A model generated the notes under the pieces. It made no database searches, had not been told where the DNA came from, and saw only the letters and a list, made by a program, of their open reading frames with translations. The position numbers and the translations under genes were made by a program. A stretch of DNA of 64,000 nt from Hydrolagus colliei (lineage: Eukaryota), in the NCBI GenBank assembly GCA_035084275.1, contig CM068755.1, positions 12,462,001 to 12,526,000 of the forward strand, in the 5' to 3' direction. Positions within the stretch are counted from its first letter, which is position 1. Every line of letters begins with the position of its first letter. Shown piece after piece: positions 26,901 to 40,516 of this stretch.

Positions 26901-27699
26901 GCAGTTTAATTTGATTCAACATGGGAAGCCTGACCCAGTCGTGACACAGAAGTGAATGCTGGATTGATAGCTCTTTCTTGATGCTGTTGATGATAGTCCA
27001 CTGCCATTCACAGCTGGTGCAGCAATGTTTTTTTTTGTCCATTTAATTGTGACAACAAATGAGAAAGAATCGTCTAAATTAATTACATGAACCCTGAATA
27101 GTCCACACAACTTCTTTGAGGGTTTAGTGGAATTTCGAAGCACTGCAATAAAACATCTCAGCACATCCTTTCATACCGTGTAATATGTCACTGAAGAATA
27201 ATTTCACTGTGCACATTATAGACTGATAAGAAAGCGTAGTCTCTGTAATTTATTTTCGTACTAGAAAAGAATTTCTATGTAACATACACTGTAATTTATT
27301 TTTGGATGACGGAAGGTATATATGCCTGGACTTGATAGATAGACTAGGAAATATATGTTTTCTGTCTAAATTACTTCTGAATAATAAAATGAATATCTAC
27401 ATCATCTTTGTAATAGAGCAGCCAAGTTAAAACATGCTCTGCAATTTAGTTTTGAATGAAGAAATCGTTTGATCTTTGCTTGTAAATGACAAACGTATTA
27501 CCAAAAACCAAAGCATTGCTAAAGCACATAATTTTAAAGTTGGGTTATGTGAATGTCAAAGATTCTCAGGCATGCAACATTCAATAAGCCAAACTAAAAA
27601 ATAACTCTGAGGTTAAACTTGCTGCACATCTACTTTCTGTTTTCATCGCAGTTGCAGTATGGAGTCCTGCTGCACTTACTGTTTAATTATCAGTTTATA

Positions 27700-27940
27700 T
27701 CAACCTTGGGCAAGTTTCCTTACTCGACACGCCTAATAATAATCCGTCCAAAAGAAACCTATGATAAATTGGTAATTTCAATCCATGACTGTTGTGGGAC
27801 ACTGCTGTGCGCAATTGACTGCCGTGTTTCGCCCACAAATATCGAGTCAATTCACTTTACAGTATTCTCTGTAAAGTGCTTTGAGACATCAGGAAGACTT
27901 GAAAAGCACTATATCAACTGCAAGGATTATTATTATTATA
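27700..27940 (+). mobile_element. SINE short variant, 5'-truncated
   Basis: aaccttgggcaagtttccttactcgacacgcctaataataatcc...caaggattattattatt. Confidence 0.85.
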
Positions 27941-28039
27941 GCAGGAAAAAGTGGCATTCTGGTGGTAGCTTGTCAGCTTGGCTCATTTTGAAAGCGAGAG
28001 CAGGTTCTCCCTATCTCCTGGTCAGAATCTCCCAGATAA

Positions 28040-28392
28040 AAATTGGTCATTGCTTCATGGCTGTTTGTCAGACAAATACGTACTACACTTTACAATAGAT
28101 CCCTGAGACATCTTCCTGATGTTAAAGACACTATATCAAATGTGTGTAATTTTCCAGGCAGGGCGAAACCTTGGGGAAGTTTCCTTACTCCACACACCTG
28201 ATAATACTCCTTCAAAAAGCAATTATAAATTGGTCATTAGAATCCACGAGTGTTTGTGGGACATTGCTGTGCGCAATCAGCTGCCGCGTTTCGCCCACCA
28301 AATATACAATCAATTCACTATCCAGTATATTCTGTGAAGTGCTTTAAGATGTGCAATGCGCTATATCAATTGCAAGGATTATGATTATTATT
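28040..28392 (+). mobile_element. Degraded SINE tail followed by a short-variant SINE
   Basis: Tail remnant to ~28145, then ccaggcagggcgaaaccttggggaagtttccttactcc...gcaaggattatgattatt. Confidence 0.8.
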
Positions 28393-31300
28393 CACTTGTC
28401 TCCACCTTATCAGTGCAGACCTAATGTTGCACAGGCAAGGAATTGATTCTACTGCATATCGTTCAACCAAAAGCAAAATATTTATTTAAATGACTAGAAA
28501 GTATTGAAAAACATTATTGCCCTATAGTAGCATTGATTCGCAGCTATTGCTTGGTTTCACAGACCTCAACTGCAACAAACCTGAAAATCTGCATCAAAGT
28601 TGGATGTCTGATGGCTGATTTACATTCTCTGCTCTGCCACTACCACAGTCCCATGAATTACAGCAGCAGCATTACGAAGAATGCAATATGCTGTGAAAAT
28701 CTGGCAGGTCTTTTCTGGCCTGGAAACTGTACATCACCTGAGCAGTCCAGATGTCTGAAAAGCATGTTTAGTACTAATCATCTTTTTGATAACACAATGG
28801 TGAATTAATGCACATTATTATGTCTGTCCTTAGCTGCTGAACAGGAATCAAAAAAGAGAGTAATCAGCCAAGTCTTCAGGCCGTATCCTGGAAAATAGAG
28901 GGAAAAGGTTTCAGAATATTCAGTCTACTATTTCCATTGATTACATATGAAAAGAATTGGAGTGATGCTTACCTACCTAATAACTTAATTGCTTCATTTT
29001 ACAAGACTCACATATACATCTGAATTTGCCCATGTGTAGAGATTATGACACGAGCCTGGGAATTTGTCAATCACATTGGTATGTCTGCATCTGTCATTGC
29101 AGATTGCCTGTATATTCATAGAATGAATCTACTTCCTATTATGAGAAACAAATTCATATGATGGAGGTACACAGTAGTGCTACGTGAGTGCAGTCAATTG
29201 TTCCCAGGACATTAAGGAAGTTAGCAATTGCACTAAACTCATGCTTGATATGCTGTTGCTGATGGCTGTTGATAGAATAGAAATATATTGATTTAATCTT
29301 TGAAGAAGAGTACTAGGTATTTGACTATTTTTTTAGATTCAAGATTGCCTAATGCCCAAGATATTGCCAGTTGGGTCTCAAATCCTCATGGGAAAGAAGG
29401 GCTGTCTATCACCTTTTAAGAGCTCTCACAAGCCTAATATAATTAGGATACCATGACAATGATGACTTGTGCGTCTGTCAGATCAAAGAATTTCACTTAG
29501 GTGATAAAAATATGCCCTACAGGGCAGCCCTGGATCCTCACTGTCTCATTCATCTCCTGCTGCATATAAAAAGAGAGTGCCAAGTGTAGTCTTTTTCTAA
29601 GTGTATGTACAAAGTTGGTTTGCAATAGGTTTTGCAAGATAATTTATTCCAATTGGAAACAGTGCATTAATATCCTGCTTGTAGCATTCCCATTCAACGC
29701 ATGTGGTTAGCTTATAGGTGAGTTCCGATATCACCCATGCCATGTTGAGGAAAACAAAGCAATGGAAGCGGAAAGTACTACTCCTGCCTCTGGCTCCTTT
29801 GGGTTATTGGACTATAGACTTGAGCCATTGGTCAGGATTTGAGTTCACTTTTGCAATGAACTGTAGCAGGCACTGTCCTTTAGATAGATGAAATATTAAA
29901 TACAATATGCCTCTTGTATGTCACATGCTGGCTCTTTGGGGGCATTACGTATTGTATAGCACAAGTAGAAAAATACTGACTCTCGCTCCTAAATTACACA
30001 ACCAAGATTGGAAACTCATTGTGAGAAGAATCACAAGTAGAATGCAGCATCCTTCCTCTCTGCTGCTGTACAGTAGCAACTCTTTAGCACCTTGCAATCT
30101 GCTGAATCTCATTCACATGGGTGAGAAAGTCTGATTGCAATCGCTATTACACACATACAAGGAGGGATAAGCAATACACAGAGTGATAGGCAAACAGGAG
30201 CACTGGAGTGGTAAAAGTTTTCAGGCCAAGATAAGCAAATGCTAATTTTTCTTTGAATTTTAAACATGTATCACAAATGAGGCAGCAATTGGAACAAAAT
30301 AAAATAGTTTGCAGATGTCCTAAGCATCGCACATCAATTTCTTTGATTACCTCTTCCTTATTTCGCTGTTTTTTTACATTCCAATTGCAGATTATTTATA
30401 CAGCAAAAGGGTGTGTATATATTTTTCTACATCAAAATTGAACTTCTGTTTTATACATTATATCACAATTTCCTTGGATTTAAGCGAAACTTATATTGTT
30501 GCTCAATCAACGTTAATATTAATTGCGTAAACGTGAGAGTGCTAATGTGCAATCTGAGACCTTTTGATGGGATGCTCTGACCTCTTGTGCCATGTCTGGA
30601 CCCTAAAAGCAACAGTGATGACCTGAGAGGGACCTTTCACACCCATTTTGAGAGAGAGTGAAGTCCATGACAGTTCTTTCATATTCAGGAATCTCTTCAT
30701 CAAGATCAGGCTTCTCCGACCCCCTACCCACTCTACCCGCCTCCCCCCGCCCCCCCACCCCCAACCCTTCCACAGCTAAATCAGGCATGATGCAACCCTA
30801 TGGAGCCTAACTTTCAAAAACTTTCTTTCACCTTTGTCCACAGAACGCTGCATGTTGTTTGTGCTAGATGAGAGGATTTTCAGATACTGCTGCTGCTAAT
30901 TATAATTTTAATTTGCATTTTAATTAGAATGGTCGCAAATTAAAGAGTGGCAGCTGGAGAATTTTGAATGCTTTACACCGAATTCGTGTCAGTATCTTTA
31001 CCCTTCTGTCTTAAAAAAAATGCCTTTCATTTTTACTATCTCACATTCCCACAACCCCATTAGTTAATATATATCTCTCTTCTTTCATTTCCCTGTTTTG
31101 CCTTCCTCACTTCCTCTTCTCTTAGTATTGTTAATCCCACTTTCTGTAGAATTTCATATTTTCACCTTTCCACATGCTTGGTCAAGCGCTGAAATTATGG
31201 AATGACAGGCTTGACGGTCTGAACTGATGTGTGTCTCGCTGTCGTGCCTGTTTTTAGATAAGTATTTGATCATGAAATGACCTTACATATAGCTGAAATC

Positions 31301-32249
31301 AGCTAATTAAATGTTAAATTCTCCACCAAGTGAAACTAAAAATGATACAATGGATATACAACAGGAGTTCTTGGTTCAGTGAAACAAGTCATCAATTGAT
31401 GTTGGGCCCTTAACTCAAAGGGCGAGCGGGTTCTGAGGCTGAAGCTTGCTCCTAGTTCAGCTTTTCACAAATTGCTAAGTTTTGTCATGCATAATGTCTC
31501 GCATTTGAAGAGTCTAAATTATTCCTTGAAAGATTTAGCCACAGTGAAGGCTTTATTCAGCAGGGATTTCATATTGCAGAAATCTGCTATGTGCTGTTTG
31601 CTATAAAGGTGTTCTACTGGTATGCAGACAGTTCAGGAGCTAATGTTGATGCAGAAATGGTGCAGATGAAAAGGACAGCTACACTATTTGTTGCATCTTA
31701 AAAAAAAAATTTAAAGTTACTAAATGGATAGAAAATAATGACGGGAGAAAATTTATTATGGCATGAACATTGGCTATTGCATGTACATGTAAAACAGTCA
31801 TATTTGTTGCAGAAATAATTTGCTACAAGTTAGACCATTTTTTGGCCGACGTAATTTTCTATGAAAAATTAATGTTATATTCTGATGGTCACATATAATT
31901 TTACTAGTTGTAGCAAAGTTTCCATATCTTTAATGTGGCAGAAGATGGTGAATCAGTTGGATAGATTATTGGATCTACCTCCAAATGCCGCCAACAAACA
32001 AGTGGTAGATGCTTTATGTAGTGGTACAAGCAAACCCACTTTTACAAAACTTGCTTGTAATAGGAAATCAAAGTGCTGGTAAATTCCCTCCTCACCGTCA
32101 GCTCAGCCTCAACGTTGTTTGTGTTTTGACTGCGCATTGGTTTAGACTGTGCTTGTACACTTTAACCCTGACCCATAATCCAACAGATACAATTGATCAT
32201 TCGCTTCATTCCTGCTTGTAGGACATCACTATATACAATACAAACATAT

Positions 32250-32352
32250 TGCTGAATAAACAGTCACGACACTTTGCAGAAAAACCCTGTACAGAGCTTT
32301 GAGACATCGCGATGACATGATAAGGCTTTATATTGATTGCAAAGATGATTTT
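32250..32352 (+). mobile_element. SINE 3' tail
   Basis: gctttgagacatcgcgatgacatgataaggctttatattgattgcaaagatgatt. Confidence 0.65.
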
Positions 32353-32585
32353 TATCAACCCAAACATTAGCGAATTCTTATTTTGGTCCATTATTAAACA
32401 AAACATTTATTTTTTAAAAAAGCATTTTGGTAATGAAAAAATTGGTCATATTATGTAATTCATGGGAGATACATTGAGACAAACTCTATATTCTTATTAA
32501 ACTTCATCATTAGTAGGCTATGACAATAGCTGCACGAACTAGGGGAACAAGCTTTTGATGTTAACCTTTGTTTGCCTGTGATTTG

Positions 32586-32647
32586 ACCACCACCAACAAC
32601 AACAACAAAATTACATTTATAGAGGGCCTTTCACATCATGAGGACAT
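32586..32647 (-). mobile_element. L2 3' tail
   Basis: aacaacaacaacaaaattacatttatagagggcctttcacatcatgaggaca. Confidence 0.75.
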
Positions 32648-33789
32648 GATATTACATCTGTTTGTAAGGGAAACCAGCTAGTTTAAAGATTGAAATGATA
32701 TGAAACACTTGTGGCTCGTTTAGAATTTCTTTTTGAAGACACATTTAGAAAATTATGGCAACTGCTCATGTCTACAGCTTCTACAGAAATGTTAGACCAC
32801 ACATATTTAAATAAGCTGTCATCATACCCCTATTCCAGCATAGATCCCTTTTATTCGAATGTAAAAACAATAGTCAAGATGGGATTTGAGAAGCCAAAAC
32901 CATGCCAAATGTTACGCTAGAAAATGTCTAACTTAGAAACAATAGAGGGCAAGAATGTTCAATTTTCAGCAGCACAGATCTGAAAATAACTAAGTGATCA
33001 AGAGATGTTGGAAATAAGTAAAGTCAGACTGTAAAAATAATTGAAGAGCACATTCTACTTTTCGACTTGCTAGTTTATCATTATTAAATAAATATGCTTC
33101 AGAAAGTTACTTCTATATTCCTTCTCTAAACTTTAACCTCACATATATTTGAGAATGCTCTGCACACGATTGGATGAAATGGACAGGCTGGAGGATTTTT
33201 GTGTGGCTTTTATTTTAGTAATATTCATATGCTGTGAGTGTTTGCTTTCCATGATGAAAACATTATTAAATAATGATTGGAACAATTTTCATCAGACATG
33301 CACACAAACGTTCCAGCAGGGGTCACTGGACAGTGATCAAAACCAGGAATGGTGACGGATTTTAGTTGGAGTGCACTATGATAGACCGTGGAAATTCCAC
33401 AGGCTCTGTAGGACAATTATTTAACTAAGCAATGACCAGAAATCGACAATCATGCATTCCTGGTCTATAAAGTTGATGCATTACGTATGCATTTGAACCA
33501 TTGAAAAAGTTCAACACATAACTTTAAATTATTATTTTAACCTTTGCTTCACTCACCCCTAATCTTTCAACCCTAGTAATTCCCTAATAATCTGCTTTCA
33601 TTTTTTAACCAGTCTCCCGTGGATTAAAAGAATCACATACAAGAAGGTTTTAAAATACATTTGGTAATGCAATATTTACTAAAATTCCAATACATATATG
33701 TGGTTTTAGGATCATCCAGAGTTATTATTTATGTATCACATGAAGGGAGTTACCCTTGAAAATAAGTTGGGGTGAGGGAGTGGGTGGGG

Positions 33790-34125
33790 GGGAGTGCGTG
33801 GTTGAATTGGCTGAGGTGCCTTCAGGTGAGACTTTAAACCGGGGTCCCATCTGCCTTTTCAGGTGAATGCTAAAGATCCCATGGTAATATTCCAAAAAAG
33901 ATATCCCGGTGTACTGCCAACAATCCCCCAAATAAAAAAAATGTTCGTTCCTTTCATGGCTGTTTGTGGGACAATACTGTGCACAAGTTTGTTGGGCCAA
34001 AACATACACAGTCAAAAACTCTTTACAGTACTGCACATCCAGGGAAGCACTTTTGAGACATCTTGCAATGTGATAAGGTGCTATATCAAAGGCAAGGATT
34101 ATTAATATCATTGTTATTATTATTA
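33790..34125 (+). mobile_element. Deu-domain SINE
   Basis: gagactttaaaccggggtcccatctgccttttcaggtgaatgctaaagatcccatgg (Deu core) plus shared tail. Confidence 0.85.
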
Positions 34126-35106
34126 ATATCAGGAAATGTATCCACATTTCATAAAGTGGATACATAAAATTGGCATAAAGTTTAACATCAACTGAATCAT
34201 GGATTGTTACTTTTGAACTGAATTGATTCTATAACAGACTGTTTCTATGGATGAAGTGGGCAGCTCTTTTGGAGAGTCAGGATTCTATGAAAGTTGCCTA
34301 CCTTGATCAGTGAATGTGTCTTATTATCTCCTGGTTGGTAAATTTACTGACAAGCGGAGAATCAACCCCTCAATGTCTCTCAATAAAAGGTAATCGGATT
34401 TTTATTCCAAATCATGAGCTTGATCGTAACTGATTCAGGGCTTGATTGCATGGTAAGCTTCAGTCATGGAAATCAAAACTGAGAGACATTCCTCCACAAA
34501 GGAATTCTGTTATATGAAAAGGGTGAGGATGAAAATAAATAGATTGCAAATGAGTAAACTAGTGAATAACATGTCATGTATATCTTTCCTTACTATGTAT
34601 GGAGTGAAACAGACTTAATAACAGTTAGAATTATTGCTATACTGTCAAATTATTTTGCATCCGAAAAGCATGACTTTACATTTGGTAACTCACTTGCTAA
34701 ACCACTTGTCAGTGTAGAACTGAGCTATGCAGATAAGTTCAATGCCCGGTCTGCGCTAGGTTTTCTGGCCTCAATCAGGATAAAAGCAGGGGTGTTCCAG
34801 TTTTTTCTTTATGCCCACACAATAGGAAAGAGAAATAAATCAGAGATAATTACTGCTCTTAGTTATTATCAAATATACATTGCTGCAAACTGTGTTTGGT
34901 TAGATGCCATATTAAGACAGTGCTGGAATTCACTGTAGGACTCAGCATAGTTGAATAACCTGCCTACAATGATAACGTCAGAACATACAAGAAGGACAGT
35001 CACTTTGATGATATATCAAGCAGCACCCATGGAACTGTACTCCAGTAATGTAAGCACCTTCAGATTAAGCACGGGAGAAAACTGGAGAAAAATAAAGTCT
35101 GTATTT

Positions 35107-35177
35107 AGCGCCTTGAGACGTCCTCCCGACGTGAAAGGCGCTATATAAATGTAAATTGTTGTTGTTGGTGTTGTTGT
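35107..35177 (+). mobile_element. L2 3' tail (young, CpGs intact)
   Basis: agcgccttgagacgtcctcccgacgtgaaaggcgctatataaatgtaaattgttgttg. Confidence 0.85.
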
Positions 35178-35204
35178 ATGTTATATCGATGATAAAAGAT
35201 ATCT

Positions 35205-35370
35205 ACCAGCAGGTCAGGCAGCATCTATGGAGAAAGGAAAAGTGGGTCAACGTTTCAGGTCCACAACCCTTCATCAGAACTTACTTTTCCTTTCTCCATA
35301 GATGCTGCCTGACCCACTGGTTGTTCCCAGCAATTTCTGTTTTTGTTTCAGATTTCCAGCATCTGCAGTA
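35205..35370. mobile_element. Penelope-like terminal-repeat fragment arranged as an inverted repeat with a hammerhead core
   Basis: Perfect 32-bp arms at 35212-35243 and 35283-35314; the minus-strand loop reads CTGATGA-agggttgtggacct-GAAAC. Confidence 0.7.
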
Positions 35371-35515
35371 ATATACATTTTTGTTTTTTATAAAAGTTAT
35401 CTATATGGGTAAGGCAAACACTTAATTTAGTTGATGCTGGCGGGTTTAATTTGGTTACTGTCATTTTCTGAATTATGCCATAATCGTCCTTTGCTCATCA
35501 GGAAAAGATTTACAC

Positions 35516-36481
35516 ACATGTCATGGTGGTTTGTAGCTAAAGAAGATCCTTTAGTTTATCTTCATCAAATTATCTGTTGGGTGTTTATTTCAAAGGAAAG
35601 CCACTGCTAAACTATGTTTTTTCCTTTACAAATCATCCTAATATATTAACAAAAAGTGTATTACAAAATCAATGCATAATTCAACACCATATATTGGCAA
35701 AACCCAAAAGAAAACATATAGATTACACATGGTTAAATGAAACAAGAGTCTGTATATAAAGGATATCAGTACATTGGAATTAATTAATGCCCGACAGGTG
35801 GATACAACATGAATTCCCAAATGAGTAGAATCCGCCTTCTAAATAAACTGAAATATTTCTGCTAAATGGAAAGCAATTTAGAATTTCATTGAATGTTTCA
35901 TTTATTGATTGGAGGTTACGACAAGGGTAGTACCCAGCGTAGTCTAAAGAGATTTGGAAGAGGCAGAAAGATGGTGTTTCTAACACATTGCTGAAAAGCT
36001 TCAAGCTGCCAGTTTTAGCATTCAGATATCTGTGCACAAAGCATGCATATGTCCATTAAAAACTCATTAAAATCAAAAACATTGAAGCAGACCAAGGAAG
36101 GATGTGATGACATCATTGGATTAGCATTCACGTCATTGCACATTCCTCTGTGTACAAACATTGTAAAGTGTCTTCAGTGCACTTGAAAAGGCAACAATGC
36201 TCATTTAATCCCTGAAAGGTTTCCAAACCATATTTGAAGCCCACTGATTCAGTGGGATTGTTTGTTCAAAGACTGTTCAATTGTCTCTGAGAAGGAGTAC
36301 TCAGTCACTCTGGTACTTAATGCAGAACAAAGTTAAAATATAGTTTATCACATTCAAGTGATTCACCATTTCCCCCCCCAGTTTTTGACTTGATAACAAG
36401 GATGGAATACAACCGCCTCAGCATAAAAACATGTCACGGTGGTTGGTAGCTAATGAAGATCTTTTAGTTTATCTCCATCAA
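35516..36481 (+). repeat. 53-nt direct repeat pair (35516-35568, 36429-36481)
   Basis: 48/53 identical, ungapped, by manual alignment. Confidence 0.85.
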
Positions 36482-37789
36482 TTGTCAAATATTTTAGTCT
36501 AAGAAGTAGTGCGATGAGGTACAAAGACAGACATTCGAAGGGATTTTAACTCATTTGAGCAATTACATGCTCAGCTGCATCACGATAATCTGACAGACTG
36601 AGCATTCTGCAGCAATACAACAGAGGAGGCTTATAATCACAAGATTCAAAGCACAAAGCCCAAAGTGAATCGGAGGGGAGCATCAGGAAAATTAATTGCT
36701 GGTGACAAACAGCAGACTGCTTACAAGTTGAATATCACATGGTTACCTAACCATACTAATAGGGAGAAAATGCAAACACTTTTATTCAAAACCTTATGTA
36801 CTGAAACATATCTTTATCAAATATTCTGAATGTATCAGCAGTCCCAATAGTTGGCTTTCAGCAACACGGTTCATTAAAAATAAAATGACAGACCTTTAAA
36901 CAATGCATTAATATGCAAATTATTGAAAATTAGGCTTCAATCACATTAACTTGCAAAATAACTTTTGCAGCTTTGAAGCAGAATAAAATACTACAGAGAC
37001 TTGCATCTGAGAGTACAACCCAGCCATTTTAACCCCAGTGATGCATTTTGCATGAAGGTATAATCGAGTGCCCAAGAAAGTAACATTTTATTTTTTTCTG
37101 AGAACAAAATGGAAAATGAGTATATAAAATTATCACATTATTTTATGTTTAAAGGTTGGTATTTTTATAGCGTGAAAGGTTTTTATTTATTTTAAAAAAT
37201 ACAGAATCAATGTGTAAAGTAGGTCAACAATAATTATACAATTATCTGCATAACAAATAACTACTTCATGCAGTGGAGAGGTGTTTGGAGGGGTCTCTGA
37301 AGCAGGTTACATGTGTTATATGTAATAGGATATTTGAATGATTGAGAGGTGTGCAGCCTGGCTCACTCAACTACGTTTTCGTACACGGTTTGGAAAATGT
37401 GTGTCGATCATGAAGGTTGAGGGTGGGGAAGAGAGAAGCATGGATAGAGGGGAGAGAGGGAGATCAGCGTTTCACCAGCTCATCAACACATAACCTCTTG
37501 TCCCAAGGTCATCCTGGATTTAGACCTAGAGGAAGATCTGGCTCTTGGGATCCCAGGACCCAAAATGTTTCCTATTGTCTTTTGTGTGGCATTTTTAAAT
37601 GGTTGGATACTTTGGTGATTTTGATTGAATAACTTACTGTAACCACAGGTCACAACTCATTAGCCTATTCAGCCATAAATCTTGCAGCTCTCCCTGTCTT
37701 TTTGAAGAATTTTTGTTGAGATTACTGCTCAATATTCCATACAAGGACAACATAGTATGTCTCCTCTTGTTAACAACAACTGATCTCTC

Positions 37790-37920
37790 ACTCCATGACT
37801 GGAACATTGCTGTGTGGATAAACGGTAGCCACATTTCGCTCACAAAATATAGTCAGTCCACTTTACGGTATTTCCTGCGATGTAATTTGAGACGCCTTGA
37901 TGACATGATGCACAATGCAA
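37790..37920 (+). mobile_element. SINE 3' half, degraded
   Basis: ggaacattgctgtg...atttcgctcacaaaatatagtcagtccactttacggtat...ttgagacgcc. Confidence 0.65.
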
Positions 37921-38444
37921 AACCTTACTCTGTGTACATACAGGAATAGGCTTTTTTTGTTAAGCCACCAGTACAATATGAGCGTTGCTCAGAGTTAATG
38001 TGACATTACTGTGGCTTCATATTGTCAGCTTCAAAATGTTCCAGTTTGTTGAAAATTGTATTGAAAATGCTACTATTGCTCAAAATATCTAGAAAGTTGA
38101 TAACTAGAGCTCAATATAATCTTGTGATAGCCCATCTTACCAGACTTAAAAGAGTGCACTTTAAATTTCCAACAATGGGGAATTGTGGTACTGAATAGAA
38201 TATCTGTCTGGATATGAACTAGCTAATCAGATGGCTAGTGTTTGACACAACTGTTCCTTTGTTAAATTGGAACTGATTACACCTACAGGATAAAATGATA
38301 TATGGTTGGTACACATCTAGCTCTGATCTCATTCCAGATCACTGACAAATTGAAGTGATGGTAAAATTTGTGTTATCTTCTTGCTTCCCCATTTGACCTC
38401 CCGTTTTTCCTGAAAGCATGAATTCATGGTTCTGCAGACTTTGT

Positions 38445-38766
38445 CCATGTTCCTCATATGTGAGTCTGGATTTGGGCTGTGGCAGGCTATTTGCCCAGGA
38501 ACAAAGTGTGCAACATAGCTGAAAACCAATCTGATCAAATCGTTAGTCAACACATTCCAGCAGATATCACTGAATAGTAATCATGAGGAGAAACACTTGA
38601 TGTATTTTGCCCTTCTTAGCCCAGGGGCACTGAAAACAATTGTTACATTCTTACTGTAGACTGAGATCTGCTAACTCTGCACAGATATGGAAGTGAACTT
38701 GGGGTCGCTGGGTATGCATGGTTGTTTCAATGTGTAGACTTTACCAATAAGGTATTCAGGGAGTCC
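38445..38766 (-). mobile_element. Old tRNA-derived SINE of a third family
   Basis: Reverse complement tctgtgcagagttagcagatctcag...acaattgttttcagtgcccctggg is homologous to 50820-51030. Confidence 0.55.
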
Positions 38767-40470
38767 AAAATCTGTTATCTTATTCTACAGATTGTAGCCT
38801 TTGTTTCGCTATTACATTTGAAGACTGAATTACTCAAGCTATGAGAATGGTAAACAAAGAGTATTCAGTTGTCAGGCTAAATAGAGTATTCTTGTTGAAT
38901 ATATTGTACACTGCTGACTGAAAAGCATAAGAAATTTGAAAAATCAATATATAGTATAACATTTACTATTTGAATAATTTACATTTCGAGTTCAATTATT
39001 GCATTAAATTGTCAGGAATTTGGGCTGGTGATCTAAATATTGTTTTACTTGGACAATTACAGATTAATTTTCCCCCTGTTGGGATATTTAATAGAATTGG
39101 CACGAAGCAGTTCTAATAGGAATTTCCCAATCTATGTGTCCGCTGCCAATTCTGGTACATTTTCTAACTGGGGGGAAAATGCACTTTTTTCCCCTTATCC
39201 AATGGCCATTAAAAGGTGAACAATCTGATGTGTGAGAAGATAGATCAACATTGGTGATTATTATCATGTTGCATATTATATTGTGAGCTCTCACCATAAA
39301 TTGTTTGTAAAATATATCACCTTTAAATCTTATCCCCACAAAATACCAGTGTGTTGTATTCCAAACCAATTTGTTACATAAATCATCCTACAATTAAATT
39401 ATTCAGGTTATTTTCATACTTACTTGGTCTCAGTAATTTGCATTTTTTTCAAACATAATTGCTTTGATTTGTCAAGTATTTCTGATAAACATATTGGTCA
39501 AATTTGACTTCATTTTTTTAAAGAAAAATAATATACAGTGGAGTAATTTGTATTATTAACCTCAAGATTCTTGACAAGTGTAAACTAAAATTAAACTGTT
39601 CTGGGAGTGCAACTTCATTATACAGACAAAATATTAACGTATGGACTCATTTCAAGTGAATGGGCAAGTATTTCAAATGGACCTTAGAGTACTTTGGGGA
39701 AATTAAAAACCCATTGGTGTGGCATCAAAAGTTACAATACCCAGCCCCAATAAAGCACATATAGAACAATGGCAATCTTCATTCACCAGTGGAGTGAAAA
39801 ATTAGTGACAAATCATTTGTATTCCTGTGAGCAACTGGCTCAGAATAAAAAAAAACGAACCACATATATAAGACATATCCACTTTTGCAGTTAAAGGAAA
39901 TCGACATCCCCTGAAGTGTTAAGTTCTACTAAATCTCTACATGCCCAAGTGACCAATAGCAAAGTGTATTCACCTGAAGACTGCTAGAGTATGAAACACT
40001 CTCACTTCTACACAGGAACTGACAGGTCAGTGGTAACCTTTGCCTCAAGAGCACCTCATATTTTAATGTTGAAGCATCTATCCAATACTAGACAAATGTT
40101 TACCAGATGTAACAAATAAAGCTGGGCACTAAGTGGGAAAAGTGTCATACTTATTGACCTTGCTGCCTCTCTCAAGGATGATTCAACATAGCTCATGATT
40201 AACGGTTCTTCTCGCTCTGTCAAGTGGCTGATTATTGATCAGATCAACCCACTTCAGACTTGGTTTAATCCTGGCCATAGTGGCATTGAAGCTCAGAAAA
40301 TATACAGGGAATAGCTGGTAGCTTGTTGGGAGCAAACAACTCTTCACCTCATTTTTACTCAGATGAACAGTACAACCAATGGGAAGGAGGAAGTGGGGGA
40401 TTGAGTGAGTGAGAGTTAGAAATGCCTTTCTGCTCCTTGTGCCCACTGTGCCCAATAATATCATGTATGA

Positions 40471-40516
40471 TGAAATAGGCATTTGAAAAGCTATCTGAAA
40501 TAGGCATTTGAAAAGC
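40471..40516. repeat. Tandem duplication, period 25
   Basis: tgaaataggcatttgaaaagc occurs twice, identical. Confidence 0.9.

Noticed and set aside
27619-28098. 159-aa ORF (likewise 33725-34165 and 33863-34105)
   Set aside because: Read-through of SINE sequence (CKDYYY comes from the SINE tail)
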